A stretch of DNA of 56,792 nucleotides from positions 1-56,792 of the forward strand of contig JAFGBX010000082.1 of the NCBI GenBank assembly GCA_016932935.1, read 5' to 3'. The notes beneath the pieces were generated by a model, which searched no databases, was not told the origin of the DNA, and saw only the letters and a program-made list of their open reading frames with translations. Shown piece after piece: positions 7,216-17,188 of the stretch. The stretch is from Promethearchaeota archaeon (GTDB lineage Archaea > Asgardarchaeota > Lokiarchaeia > Sigyniarchaeales > Sigyniarchaeaceae). The translations under genes were made by a program, and so were the position numbers. Each line of letters opens with the position of its first letter. The first letter of the stretch is position 1.

Positions 7216-9093
7216 TCACCCCCGATGCCGCTCGAGGAACCGCCGCAAGCCATCGACGACCCCCTCCCAGAACGACTCGGAGATGCGCGTCTCGACGAGC
7301 GCGGGGTCGGCCTCGATGTCCCGCTTCAATGACACGGCGGTGCGGAAGCATACCTCGGCCTCGGCGAGACGGCCAGCGTCCTCCTCGAAGCTACCAAGCG
7401 CCCCCCAAGCGCCGGGGTTGAACGGGTTTTCCTTGAGGGCGATCTCCACACACCGCCTCGCATCGTGCGGATCCCCGGCCTCCTCGTGGAAGATGTGCAG
7501 GTTGTACCAGGCGATGGCATGGTGTGGCTGGTGGACGATCGCAGCTCTGTAGCAGAACGCGGCATCAGGCCTCGCCTTTAACCGGTCAAGCACGCGTCCC
7601 AGGCGGAACCAGGTCGGCGCGTCTGCGATGCCTCGGGCCGCTTCGGGACGCTGACCCATCGAGTCGATCCCATCCAGCACGACGCCGAGTGCCACCGCCG
7701 ACACCCTCGTGGCCTCCACCTGGTCGAACGGGATGCGTTCAGAACCGCTCCTGGCGACCGCCTCCAGCTCCGCCTGGAACCGCGCGTCGTGGCCTTTTAT
7801 CGCATCGCTAGCTTGCCGGTCGAGCCCCAGCTTGCATGCCTCGAGGTTTGCATCGAGCAGCTTCGTCGCCACGTGCCCAGGGCCGAGCATCGACCCGGCC
7901 ATGCGCGCGGCGCGGCCGTAGACGGCCACGTAGTCGGGGTGGCGCCCGATGCCCACGAAGTCCTCCATCCCGGCGACATCCCCCTCGTCGGCGGCGCGCG
8001 CCTGGAGTATGTCGAGGATGCAGGTCGCAAAGTTCCGGGACACCCTCAAGCCCCCACGCGAGAATACCTCGAGCAGCCCGCGCAACGGGGAGTCGAGGGA
8101 TCCCTGGTCGAAGAGGAACCGCACGAAATCCGCCTTTTCGACGTGCGAGCGGATCGTGGCTTCGTGCGGCTTGATCGCGCCCGGTTCGAGGTAGCGAGAG
8201 AGCCTCCGCGAGCCGTCGGCATCCGGCGCCCCGAAGATGCACCGTGCCATGTTGACGAAGGTGCGAAGCTCGTCGTTCTTGTACATCGGATCGCCCGCGT
8301 CGAGCTTCTCGAACTGGCCCATGACCTGCTCGAACCTCCTCCCGATCGCCGCGTGGCTGATCCACCGGGGATCCGTGACCCCGGCGAGGCGCCCGAGCAG
8401 CTGGTCGTACCGCAAGTCGTCGAACGACGTGCCTCGCGGGTTCGCCTCGGCGGCGGCGACGCGGGCGACGAGCGAGTTCACGAAGAGCGCGGCGGACACC
8501 TCGTTCGCGACCGCCTTGATCCCGTCGCCCACGCCAGCATAATCCGGTGCTTCGACCGCTATCGGCCCGCAGACCCAACGCGCCAGCTTTGGTAGGAGGA
8601 GCGCTTGTTTGGCCACCTGGGCGTTCATGTACGCGTGCACGGCGAAGTAATCTTGATCCACGTCCACGGCGAACCCGGACTCGATCCCGCGCTTGCCGTC
8701 GTACAAGGCCGGGACGGGGCACAGGATGTACGGGGTGCCGGCGACCTCCTGCACCCTGAAGCCCGCTCGACCCGCGATCTCGGCCGCGCCGGCCATTATC
8801 GCAGGCCGCTCGATGCCGGCGGCGCGCATCGCATCCCCCACGACCCTGGGGTCGACCGCCATCGCCAGTATGGAGCCGAGGTAGGCCGCCCGCGAGGCGG
8901 GGTTCCGGTCGAGGTCGCTGAAGGGCCGGAGGCCCTTGCACCCTCCGGACACGGAGACGGCCCCCTCGTGAGGCTTGACGCGCCCATGCGAGAACCGCGT
9001 GCACCTGGCCATTCCCGGAACTTTACGGGCGCTCCCGGTGGGCGCGAGCCCCTTGGCCGTGGTAGCTTTCTTTCCCGCTGGCTCGTGGGTCAT
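7216..9093 (-). CDS. TPR-repeat protein with a large uncharacterised N-terminal domain (paralog A)
   Basis: The C-terminal region reads AAFCYRAAIVHQPHHAIAWYNLHIFHEEAGDPHDARRCVEIALKENPFNPGAWGALGSFEEDAGRLAEAEVCFRTAVSLK, which is three TPR motifs. It is collinear with 9172..11097 over most of its length. The start is uncertain; ATG 9012 is possible. Confidence 0.7.
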   Translation of the reverse strand: MTHEPAGKKATTAKGLAPTGSARKVPGMARCTRFSHGRVKPHEGAVSVSGGCKGLRPFSDLDRNPASRAAYLGSILAMAVDPRVVGDAMRAAGIERPAIMAGAAEIAGRAGFRVQEVAGTPYILCPVPALYDGKRGIESGFAVDVDQDYFAVHAYMNAQVAKQALLLPKLARWVCGPIAVEAPDYAGVGDGIKAVANEVSAALFVNSLVARVAAAEANPRGTSFDDLRYDQLLGRLAGVTDPRWISHAAIGRRFEQVMGQFEKLDAGDPMYKNDELRTFVNMARCIFGAPDADGSRRLSRYLEPGAIKPHEATIRSHVEKADFVRFLFDQGSLDSPLRGLLEVFSRGGLRVSRNFATCILDILQARAADEGDVAGMEDFVGIGRHPDYVAVYGRAARMAGSMLGPGHVATKLLDANLEACKLGLDRQASDAIKGHDARFQAELEAVARSGSERIPFDQVEATRVSAVALGVVLDGIDSMGQRPEAARGIADAPTWFRLGRVLDRLKARPDAAFCYRAAIVHQPHHAIAWYNLHIFHEEAGDPHDARRCVEIALKENPFNPGAWGALGSFEEDAGRLAEAEVCFRTAVSLKRDIEADPALVETRISESFWEGVVDGLRRFLERHRG

Positions 9094-9171
9094 GCTGATC
9101 GTCCCGGCGACGTGTGCCCGCGCGGATGCCAGGCCTCGTCGCTCCGGGGGTGACAGCCGGTTCCAGGCCTT

Positions 9172-11097
9172 TCAACGTGGCGGGGACTGGGCGTCCCGGC
9201 GCTCCGGTTCCTTGTCGGGCAGCCGGTGCAGGTTGTCCTCGACGATCTCCCAGAGCCTCGGGGAGACGCGTGTCTCGACGACCGCCGGATCCGCCTCGAT
9301 GTCCTCCTTCAGGGACAGCGAGGTGCGGAAGCACAACTCGGCCTCGGCGAACTTGCCCGCGTTCCTCTCGAAGACGCCGAGGGCGTTCCATGCGTGCGGG
9401 TTGAAGGGGTTTTCCCTGAGGGCGATGTCCACGCACCGCCGTGCCTCTATGAAATCCCCCGCGTCGTCGTAGGCGATGTGCAAGTTGTACCAGGCCAAGG
9501 AATGGCTTGGCCGGTGGGCGATCGCGGCCTTGTAACAGAACGCCGCATCTGGTTTGGTGCTGACGTTGTCGAAGACCCGCCCGAGCCTGAACCATTTGGA
9601 CGCGTCCCCGATCGCGAGCGCCGCTTCGGGTCGATCTGCCATCGAGTCGATCCCGTCGAGCACGATCCCGATCGCCTTGTCGGGCACGCCCATCACGTCC
9701 ACCTGGTCGAAGGGAATGCATTCCGCGCCGGCCTTCGAGACCACGTCGACCATCGCCTGGAGCCGCGCCTCGTATTCCTTCCCGGAGGCACCGGCGTGCC
9801 GTTCGATCGAGAGCTTGCACGCCTCGAGGTGGGCACGGAGCTGCTTGGTCGTCTCGTGGTTCGGCCCGAGCCGATCCGCGGCCAAGCCCGCCGCGCGCTG
9901 GTAGAGCGTCGCGTAGTCGGGATGCCGGCCGACCTCGACCACGTCCTCGAGGCCCGGAGAATAGGAGTTGCGAACTGCGCGCTCCTGGATGAAGTCGATG
10001 AGGTGGGTCCCGAACTCGCCGGAGATCCTCAGCCCGCCCCGGGCGAAGAGCTCGAGGAGGCCGCCTACCGGGGACTCTAGATACCCGCAGCCTTCCAAGA
10101 AGCGCAAAAACTCCGCAGACTCGACGTACGCGCGGATCGCGCCCTCATGCCGCTTGATGGCAGCAGGCTCCAGGAACCGCGGGAACTTGTGGCCGGTCAC
10201 GAAGCGGGTATCGCCGTAGAGGAAACGCACGAGGCCGAGGAAGGCCCGACGCTTGTTGTTCTCGTGGAGCGGGTGGGCCGCGTCGAGGGTCTCGAGCAGG
10301 CCCATGACCCGCTCGAACCGCCGCCCGATCGCCGCGCGATTGATCCACCGGGGCCCCGTGACGCTGGCGAGGCAGTCGACCAGCTGGGCGTACGGGTCAC
10401 TGGCGAATTGCCCTTGCGGGGCGTCGCTCCCGGCTGCGGCGTCGGCGACGATCGAGTTCACGAAGAGCACGGCCGACACCTCATTCGCGAGCGCCCTGAT
10501 TTTGCCGATTGACTTCGCAGGAACCGCGAGCGGCCGGCAGGCTCGGCGTGCCAGCTTGGAGGCGATGAAGTACTCGTCTGCGGCCCGGTCGTGCATGTAA
10601 GCATGCACGGCGAACCGGTGCCGGTTCACGTCCACGGCGAACCCCGACTCGACGCCGCGCTTCGGGTCGTGGAGGGACGGGACGGGGCACAGGATGTACG
10701 GTGTGCCGGCCACCTCCCGCACCCTGAAGCCCGTGCGGGCCGCGATCTCGGCCGCACCTTGCCCGAGGACGTCCCTCTCGATCCCGGCCCAGAGCACCAG
10801 GCTTTCCAGCGCCGCCGGGTCGACCGCCCTCTCGAGGATGGTCACGCGGTACCGGAATCGGGCATCCCGCAGGCTGAAATTAGCGGCGTTAGGCACGCAC
10901 GGGCCGACTTGCCGTTCCCGATCCGGCCCCGCGAGCCCTTGCACGCCTGGATCGTTCCCTGGATCCTGGATGGGGGCGCGGTTTTTGGGGGTGATCTCCT
11001 CCTTTCGTCTTAGCCCGCTTGGCATGCCGTCCACCTCGTCACGTGCTCGGTCGCGGGGGAGGAGGGCCCGGTCGCCGGTCCGGCCCTCGCCTCGCAC
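9172..11097 (-). CDS. TPR-repeat protein, tandem paralog B
   Basis: Shares long blocks with paralog A (GFRV.EVAGTPYILCPVP.L.D.KRG.ESGFAVDV, ANEVSA.LFVNS, GPRWI..AAIGRRFE.VMG, IPFDQV, VLDGIDSM..RPEAA, and a TPR tail ending EDIEADPA.VETR.S). The likely true start is ATG 11025 (MPSGLRRKEE). Confidence 0.7.
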   Translation of the reverse strand: MRGEGRTGDRALLPRDRARDEVDGMPSGLRRKEEITPKNRAPIQDPGNDPGVQGLAGPDRERQVGPCVPNAANFSLRDARFRYRVTILERAVDPAALESLVLWAGIERDVLGQGAAEIAARTGFRVREVAGTPYILCPVPSLHDPKRGVESGFAVDVNRHRFAVHAYMHDRAADEYFIASKLARRACRPLAVPAKSIGKIRALANEVSAVLFVNSIVADAAAGSDAPQGQFASDPYAQLVDCLASVTGPRWINRAAIGRRFERVMGLLETLDAAHPLHENNKRRAFLGLVRFLYGDTRFVTGHKFPRFLEPAAIKRHEGAIRAYVESAEFLRFLEGCGYLESPVGGLLELFARGGLRISGEFGTHLIDFIQERAVRNSYSPGLEDVVEVGRHPDYATLYQRAAGLAADRLGPNHETTKQLRAHLEACKLSIERHAGASGKEYEARLQAMVDVVSKAGAECIPFDQVDVMGVPDKAIGIVLDGIDSMADRPEAALAIGDASKWFRLGRVFDNVSTKPDAAFCYKAAIAHRPSHSLAWYNLHIAYDDAGDFIEARRCVDIALRENPFNPHAWNALGVFERNAGKFAEAELCFRTSLSLKEDIEADPAVVETRVSPRLWEIVEDNLHRLPDKEPERRDAQSPPR

Positions 11098-11205
11098 TCC
11101 CGCTGATCGGGCGTCGCTGGTCTAATAATGCCGCTGGGACGGGGAGTCTCCCCCGGTTGCGGGCATCCCTGCTAATACGTGGGAGTGGTGTGCTCAAGCA
11201 CGCGC

Positions 11206-11215
11206 GGTTTATAGC
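11206..11215 (+). promoter_or_regulatory. TATA-like element upstream of the STAND-GTPase gene
   Basis: GGTTTATAGC lies about 35-40 nt upstream of ATG 11248. Confidence 0.35.
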
Positions 11216-11247
11216 GGCGGGCCGCCCAGTGATCACATGACCCTTAC

Positions 11248-13677
11248 ATGACTCCTAGGCTCCCGCGAACCTCATCGTTCAATATCGAGTGCGAAGGCGC
11301 CACTGGTTCTATCAATCAATCGCGGGAGGGTGAAGTGTTTATGGGAAGCCTTCGCTTGATTCGGAAGGGGAGACTCGGCGAGCCTGGTTCGACTGGCCAA
11401 GGCGTGGAGATCATAGCGCTGAAAGCCTCGCCGGTTGAAGGCCCGACTCACCTATCGGCGGGTTATAACTGCGTTTACCTCAGGCGGAACATGGTCTATT
11501 ACCATAATCGGAAGAGGATGGATCCGGCTCTTGAGGTGCTCGACTTGTCTTGCATCTTATGCGCCCGGATAGCGAAAGTTCCCCAGGACATCGACGTCCA
11601 CGTGATAATGCAAGACGTGGACAACGGCGTAATGATGGAGTGCATCGGCCAATTCCACTTTGGCCCAGGATTACCGCCCCAAGAGACCCTCGTCGGGCTC
11701 TTCTTGAAGAAGATCAACCGGAAGCCCACCGACGCGAACTTCTGGCACATCGACAAGATCTTCGTTCCCCCGCGGGAGTACGATGCGATCAAGCAAGCCC
11801 TCGCGACCAAACGGATTGTCATCATCACCGGCACGCCGGAGTACGGCAAGACCTACGTTGCCGTCCGCCTCCTTTGGGAGTACTTCTCCCGATCCGACGG
11901 AACCCGCGGTTATAACCCCGTCATGTATTCAGGGGGGGACACATCCTTGAACAGCGCGAGGGAGCTCGCGGAACTCGAGTCGACACCCTTGCCGCGCACC
12001 ATCGCCTACTTCGAAGACCCGTTCGGCACGATCGTCTACCAGGACAACTTGTTTATCTCGCAGCTCACCCGCAGGATGGACATGATCATTGATTGGATCC
12101 AGAAGACGCAGGACACCTATGTGATCATAACGTCCCGGGAAGAGATGTTCAAGCAATTCAAGTATAACTGCACGGAAAACGCGATCGAGCTGTTCGATCA
12201 GCAGATAGAGCAACAACTCTGCATCAAGCAGGATTCCTACGACGTTGAGAGTAGGAAACACATGCTCCTGGAGTGGGCCAAGGTCTTCGGGTGCAAGTGG
12301 ACGAAAGACCCTGCATTGGCCAACGTCGTGGCCGGCTGGCTAGATATCAAGGAGAACTTACCAACGCCGTTGAACATCAAGGACTATGCCTTGAAAACTA
12401 CGCACTTATCCGACGAAGGGCAGTTGCGGGACGAGATGAAGTCGATGTCCCGCAAGACACCAGAGATCTTCGCCTCCGAGATCATCAACATGAGCCCGGA
12501 CAAGCAGCTATTCCTATCGATATTATCCTTGATCCGGCGGCCCGCCAACTACGAGTATTTCTCGAACCTGTACCACCAGGCGTTGAGGGACGTGGAAGTC
12601 ATCGCCGTCATCGGCGACGCCGGTGTTGCCAAATATTATAGCACCGACCAGATCCTAGAATGGTTCAAGAACGATAAGATCAAGATAATGAGATATATCG
12701 AGGGGGACGATGAGATCGTGCAGCTGGACTTTGCACATCCGTCGTACGACCAAGCCATCGACTACCTTATAAACAAAGGAGGGCCTTCGAACGCGATCGA
12801 GACGAAACGGTTCGCGGAGGTCTACTCGCGTGTTACTGCCCTTGTTACGGCAAACCTCGGCATTGAAAGCATTGACAAGGTGAGAATACCGATGGGGCCG
12901 ACCCGATTGACTCCGATGGCGCGTCCCGCCCCAATTGCTATCCCGCCCCATGTGCTATTAGCAGTTCGCGATCTGATGAAAGGCAGCCAGATCTACACGG
13001 GGCATGCACGCCGATCCCCGTCCCTCGAGTACCTCAGGCGGTTTTTCGTCGACACGGCGAGACCGTTTAAGGAGGGGCTTGATGATCACATCTGGAAGAT
13101 CGTCGTGGGGGGACCACCAGGATCCGGGAAAGAAGCGATACTCAAACGGAATATCCATAACGAATACATAGACGATATGAGGATGACGGTAGGGGCGCAG
13201 TTCCATACGCAATTGCTCGAGCGCGCGGGGCGGAAAATCAGCCTGGTCCTTTGGGACTTGAGCGGGCAGGATCGGTTCCGGTTCATCCACGGGGATTACG
13301 TGAAGGGGGCTGCTGGTTGCATCGTGTGCTTCGACATGAGCCTGCGTGCGATGCTCGGCGACGCCTGGCGATGGATACGGCTCTTCAAAGACAATGCCCA
13401 ACACGCCCCGATCCTCCTCGTCGGCACCAAACTCGATCTCGTGACCGACCTGGAGGAATTGAAAGCGGTCGAGGAGGAGGCGAAACAACTCGTCGAAGAG
13501 CACGGCCTAATCGGTTTCGTTCCCGTGTCGCAAAAAAGCCATATCAACGTGGATGAAGCCATCTACTTCCTGGTCGACACGCTGCTGCATTATGCATCTA
13601 TGGCAAGGGAGCTCGACCGCCACAATGATCGGGATACCATGCCCACGACCTCAATTAAGAGAAAAAAAGCCTCGTGA
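11248..13677 (+). CDS. STAND-type P-loop NTPase fused to a C-terminal Rab/Ras-like small GTPase domain
   Basis: 809 aa. NTPase: Walker A IITGTPEYGKTYVA, Walker B IAYFEDPFG, then YVIITSREE. C-terminal GTPase (about 13093..13590): G1 GGPPGSGKE (E where S/T is expected), G3 WDLSGQDRF, G4 VGTKLD, G5 VSQKS. Confidence 0.7.
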   Translation: MTPRLPRTSSFNIECEGATGSINQSREGEVFMGSLRLIRKGRLGEPGSTGQGVEIIALKASPVEGPTHLSAGYNCVYLRRNMVYYHNRKRMDPALEVLDLSCILCARIAKVPQDIDVHVIMQDVDNGVMMECIGQFHFGPGLPPQETLVGLFLKKINRKPTDANFWHIDKIFVPPREYDAIKQALATKRIVIITGTPEYGKTYVAVRLLWEYFSRSDGTRGYNPVMYSGGDTSLNSARELAELESTPLPRTIAYFEDPFGTIVYQDNLFISQLTRRMDMIIDWIQKTQDTYVIITSREEMFKQFKYNCTENAIELFDQQIEQQLCIKQDSYDVESRKHMLLEWAKVFGCKWTKDPALANVVAGWLDIKENLPTPLNIKDYALKTTHLSDEGQLRDEMKSMSRKTPEIFASEIINMSPDKQLFLSILSLIRRPANYEYFSNLYHQALRDVEVIAVIGDAGVAKYYSTDQILEWFKNDKIKIMRYIEGDDEIVQLDFAHPSYDQAIDYLINKGGPSNAIETKRFAEVYSRVTALVTANLGIESIDKVRIPMGPTRLTPMARPAPIAIPPHVLLAVRDLMKGSQIYTGHARRSPSLEYLRRFFVDTARPFKEGLDDHIWKIVVGGPPGSGKEAILKRNIHNEYIDDMRMTVGAQFHTQLLERAGRKISLVLWDLSGQDRFRFIHGDYVKGAAGCIVCFDMSLRAMLGDAWRWIRLFKDNAQHAPILLVGTKLDLVTDLEELKAVEEEAKQLVEEHGLIGFVPVSQKSHINVDEAIYFLVDTLLHYASMARELDRHNDRDTMPTTSIKRKKAS

Positions 13678-13880
13678 ATAAGCCCATTCACGTCAAACTG
13701 CTTGTCATCTTCAAGGTCGATAAGTGGAGGCCTTCCGGAAGGTTAGATGGGGCATATGAGAAGAAGATGAGATAAAAGTGAGGGCACTAGGATTCCAGTC
13801 AGAACAGAGCCCCCTCCCAGCCCCACGGTCGATCGAGAGGGATACCTGGCTACGTCCTGGATCCCTTCACGTCTTCGGAA

Positions 13881-15965
13881 TCACTTGCCCATTCGTGATT
13901 TTATTGTCTTTCGCACCCGAGCGCAGTCGCCGGAGGGGGAAGCGACCCTCAAATAGACGTGCATGGTTTCGGGGAGTTGGTCACGGGCGATCGCACGGGG
14001 ATCCAGTCGAAACACGACCCGTCCTTCTTCGACGCCTATCGGGTGAGAGAAGTAGAATAAACCCCGCCTCAGCGGAATCACGTCGGCCGAGTGGGTGAGC
14101 ACGACCCCTTGGTGGGTTTCCAAGGCGAACAGTTGTGTTTTATGAACATCCTTGTACGATGGAAGATGAATCTCGAGAATAGCCTTGCTTCCAGAAACAT
14201 TGTCAATCCAATACTCGCCAACCACTTCCACCCCGGAGGAGATGAAGCGCGTGTAGTTTGCCTTGCTCCGCTCCACGATACGAGCTTTCGTGCTGAACCA
14301 CCAATCCACCAGATGATGCATGGTGAGGGACATAGGGAAAGGATCCCTCTCGCCGCCTGGCGTCGCGTCGCCCGGATCTGCATCCACCCTTTTCATCCTC
14401 CCCCTTAACACTTCCACGATGTATCGGATTATCCCCATCTCGTTCTCTTGCAGGTCTTCCTTCTTGAAGTCGCTGAAGATGTTTACCAGGCCGCGTTTCC
14501 AGAACACGAGATCCGCGTCCAGCGCACCAAGAAAAAACACGGCGAGGAGATCAGCGTCTCGCTTTTGATTGTAGTTCATGAGGAGGAAGTACCTGTCCAC
14601 CGGGGAACCAGCGTCCCTCACGTGTTCCTCGATCGTCGCGAACAGGACTTCCAAAACGGCAGACGCCGATGCCGAATAGCTCCGGCCGATCGCGTCCTTC
14701 CCGATCAACAGCAAGTACCCGACGTATTCCGTGAAGGTGATGTCGCCCTGCTCATGCTTCCGATTGAGCCCAGATAGAATGAGCCTGACCATCCAGACGT
14801 GTTGCGGGTACGTGAGTAGAGAAGGTGCCAAGACCGCACGACGATGGATCGACCCCGTGCTGGGGGAATCGTCGTTCCACACGACTTCGAAGGCTGACGT
14901 GCAAGCGTTATACCGCGGGCCACCTAGCCTCTTGAACTCACGCATGAAATCGCTGAAATCGGCGAATTCGGGGGGCAACTTGATGGCACTCGAATACATC
15001 TCGAAATGAACGGTGTCCTCGTTTTTAGATGACAAGGCTGCGCTGCGATACGAGTCGACGATGGCGTTGAAGTCGGCCGCGGTGAACACGCGGCCGCGGG
15101 CCCGAGCGTTGACGCCCGTGAGTCGGAGAGTGTTCATATCGTCCCGAAACCGCCGCACCTCGTGATCCGATCGGAGATCCAAAAACTCGTCCGGGCTCAT
15201 GAACGCGAGACGGTTCTTGCCGATGACGAACAGGTCCATCATTTGTTCGGCGATCTCCTCATCGCTAAGGTTTCCACCGATGTTGGCCTTTTGATCTTGA
15301 AAACCAGAAATGACATGTTGGAAGCTATCCGATGGTGCTTCGACCTGGATGTTGTAGTGCTGCTGGTGCGCGTTCACATAGGCAGCGTTCAATTTTTCCA
15401 CGACGGATGCGCGCACGGGGTCGGGAACGCTGCTGCCACTTGCCCACTGCAAGATGGCCTCCCGGTTCATAACCGCATCCCTATCTGCGACCTCATAGAG
15501 CGCACGGCTATAATCTGGAAAATCGGTGGAGAATGAGATGCGAACCTGATCCAAGAAGCTTGCCTTCCCCAGGCCACCCATCTCGGCCGTGTTATACGGG
15601 ATGTAGTACCGGGCGCCCGACGCGAGCTTTTTCACGTCGCTCTTGTAAGGGATGCGTTGTGGGTACTCCTTCAGGTCGTACCCATCTATGTACTCGTCGA
15701 TCGAAGAGAACTTGTCGTCGACCGCGAGCGCCACGTAACCATCATCAAGGTAGCTGGGGTGATCCGCCAGCAACCGATGGGTGTGGGGGGACTTCAATAA
15801 GAACGACGTCGGGATGTTGACGTGGTCGTTCACGAGCAGCATCTGCCGGAAGGTAGTCACGAGGTCGATCGCGCCGAGATGGTGCGTCTGCTGGAACAAT
15901 AGATCCGCTGAAAACAAGGAAACGGTCGCTGGGGGGATTCTATCTCTCCGGAGGAGTGAACCCAT
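13881..15965 (-). CDS. Hypothetical protein (694 aa)
   Basis: Long ORF with balanced composition; the overlapping ORFs are short shadows. Convergent with 11248..13677. I recognise no motif. Confidence 0.6.
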   Translation of the reverse strand: MGSLLRRDRIPPATVSLFSADLLFQQTHHLGAIDLVTTFRQMLLVNDHVNIPTSFLLKSPHTHRLLADHPSYLDDGYVALAVDDKFSSIDEYIDGYDLKEYPQRIPYKSDVKKLASGARYYIPYNTAEMGGLGKASFLDQVRISFSTDFPDYSRALYEVADRDAVMNREAILQWASGSSVPDPVRASVVEKLNAAYVNAHQQHYNIQVEAPSDSFQHVISGFQDQKANIGGNLSDEEIAEQMMDLFVIGKNRLAFMSPDEFLDLRSDHEVRRFRDDMNTLRLTGVNARARGRVFTAADFNAIVDSYRSAALSSKNEDTVHFEMYSSAIKLPPEFADFSDFMREFKRLGGPRYNACTSAFEVVWNDDSPSTGSIHRRAVLAPSLLTYPQHVWMVRLILSGLNRKHEQGDITFTEYVGYLLLIGKDAIGRSYSASASAVLEVLFATIEEHVRDAGSPVDRYFLLMNYNQKRDADLLAVFFLGALDADLVFWKRGLVNIFSDFKKEDLQENEMGIIRYIVEVLRGRMKRVDADPGDATPGGERDPFPMSLTMHHLVDWWFSTKARIVERSKANYTRFISSGVEVVGEYWIDNVSGSKAILEIHLPSYKDVHKTQLFALETHQGVVLTHSADVIPLRRGLFYFSHPIGVEEGRVVFRLDPRAIARDQLPETMHVYLRVASPSGDCARVRKTIKSRMGK

Positions 15966-16316
15966 AATATCACCTTGTATTGCACGAATTCACCTTTGCC
16001 AATCATCGCCTTTGCAGGCTTAAAAGACTGCCTTGAATAACGGCTCGGACAGCGGCAGCTATGAACAAACCATGCTTCGGACTCGTGGTAGATCCCGGAT
16101 TGTCCCGAGCGATCGATCCACCAGCTGCGGCTATAAAAGCTTGGGGGGCGAGAGGTATCTTGTTTTACGTATTCGATCGGGAGGAAAGCACCGATGGGGA
16201 ATCGGTCGAGCCCGGGTCATCGCGCTCCCATAACTTCAATACCCCAAAAGGATGAAAAGGAAGTTACTACGGTAGCCGGTCCGGCGCCGAGAACACGACG
16301 AGGGATTGAATAAGCC

Positions 16317-17135
16317 ATGGCCCGTGTCGAAAACAAGAACCCCACGCATCTCAAGATGAAGCTCGAAGAAACCAGGAAAAGGATCGAAGAGCTTAGAGGC
16401 TTGGTCAACGCGCACAAGAAAAAGGGATCCATAAAGGAACTCTCTGATACTTACGCCTTCCAGCTCGACCAAGCCGAGCGCGAGGAGGAAGCGATCCTCT
16501 TGGAGCTCCAGGGAGGCCCGCTATCAGACGAGTTCACGATAATGGCTCGCTCCGAGTCAGAAGAGAGGAAGGAGCCCCGAAGCAAGACGGATTACCGGAT
16601 CAACAACGTCGTCGCGACTGCTCAACTGAAGATCAACGAGGGAGACAAGATCGATCTCAGCAAGGCGGCAAGAGCGATAGAGACGGCGGAATACGTCCCC
16701 GATGATTTCCCCGCGATGACCGTGCAAATGGTGGATCCCCCGTGCACGGTTCTGGTGTTCGACAACGCGAAGATCGTGATGTCGGGATTGAAGGATCCGA
16801 AGGCCGTTGACACGGTTCCTACCGCTACTGTTAGAGAACTAAAGAAAGCTGGTTTGGACGTCGAGCAAGGTGGGGGAGCGACCATAACGAACGTCGTGGC
16901 TGGCGGGGAATTCGGCTTCGAGGTCGACTTGGAAGCGGTTTCAGAGTGCATCGCAAACGCGGTCTACGATACCGAGGTCTTTCCGGGCCTGACCTTGTAC
17001 CATCAAGATGCAGTAACATTCTTGATCTTCAAAAACGGGAAGTTCGTCTGCACAGGCGCAACCGTTGAAGCGGATATCGAGCGATCAATCACCGATGTCT
17101 CGAAGATGATCAAGGAATACGACTATGCGAAGTAA
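16317..17135 (+). CDS. TATA-box-binding protein (TBP) fold paralog with a ~95-aa charged/coiled N-terminal extension
   Basis: Two TBP repeats: INNVVATAQLKINEGDKIDLSKAARAIETAEYVPDDFPAMTVQMVDPPCTVLVFDNAKIVMSGLKD and ITNVVAGGEFGFEVDLEAVSECIANAVYDTEVFPGLTLYHQDAVTFLIFKNGKFVCTGATVEADIE. Both match the archaeal TBP pattern (IENIVAS..L...LDL..V......EY.PE.FPG...R...P....L.F.SGK.V.TGAKS). The N-terminus MARVENKNPTHLKMKLEETRKRIEELRGLVNAHKKKG... is not found in canonical TBPs. Confidence 0.75.
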   Translation: MARVENKNPTHLKMKLEETRKRIEELRGLVNAHKKKGSIKELSDTYAFQLDQAEREEEAILLELQGGPLSDEFTIMARSESEERKEPRSKTDYRINNVVATAQLKINEGDKIDLSKAARAIETAEYVPDDFPAMTVQMVDPPCTVLVFDNAKIVMSGLKDPKAVDTVPTATVRELKKAGLDVEQGGGATITNVVAGGEFGFEVDLEAVSECIANAVYDTEVFPGLTLYHQDAVTFLIFKNGKFVCTGATVEADIERSITDVSKMIKEYDYAK

Positions 17136-17188
17136 GCATGATTCGCTTTAATCACCGCTTTCAATAGAAAGCAAGAGCTGTAAATAAC

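Noticed and set aside
13731-13742. Perfect 12-bp palindrome CCTTCCGGAAGG between convergent genes, considered as a terminator hairpin.
   Set aside because: It has no loop and no adjacent oligo-T tract. A single short palindrome is likely by chance, so there is not enough evidence for a feature.
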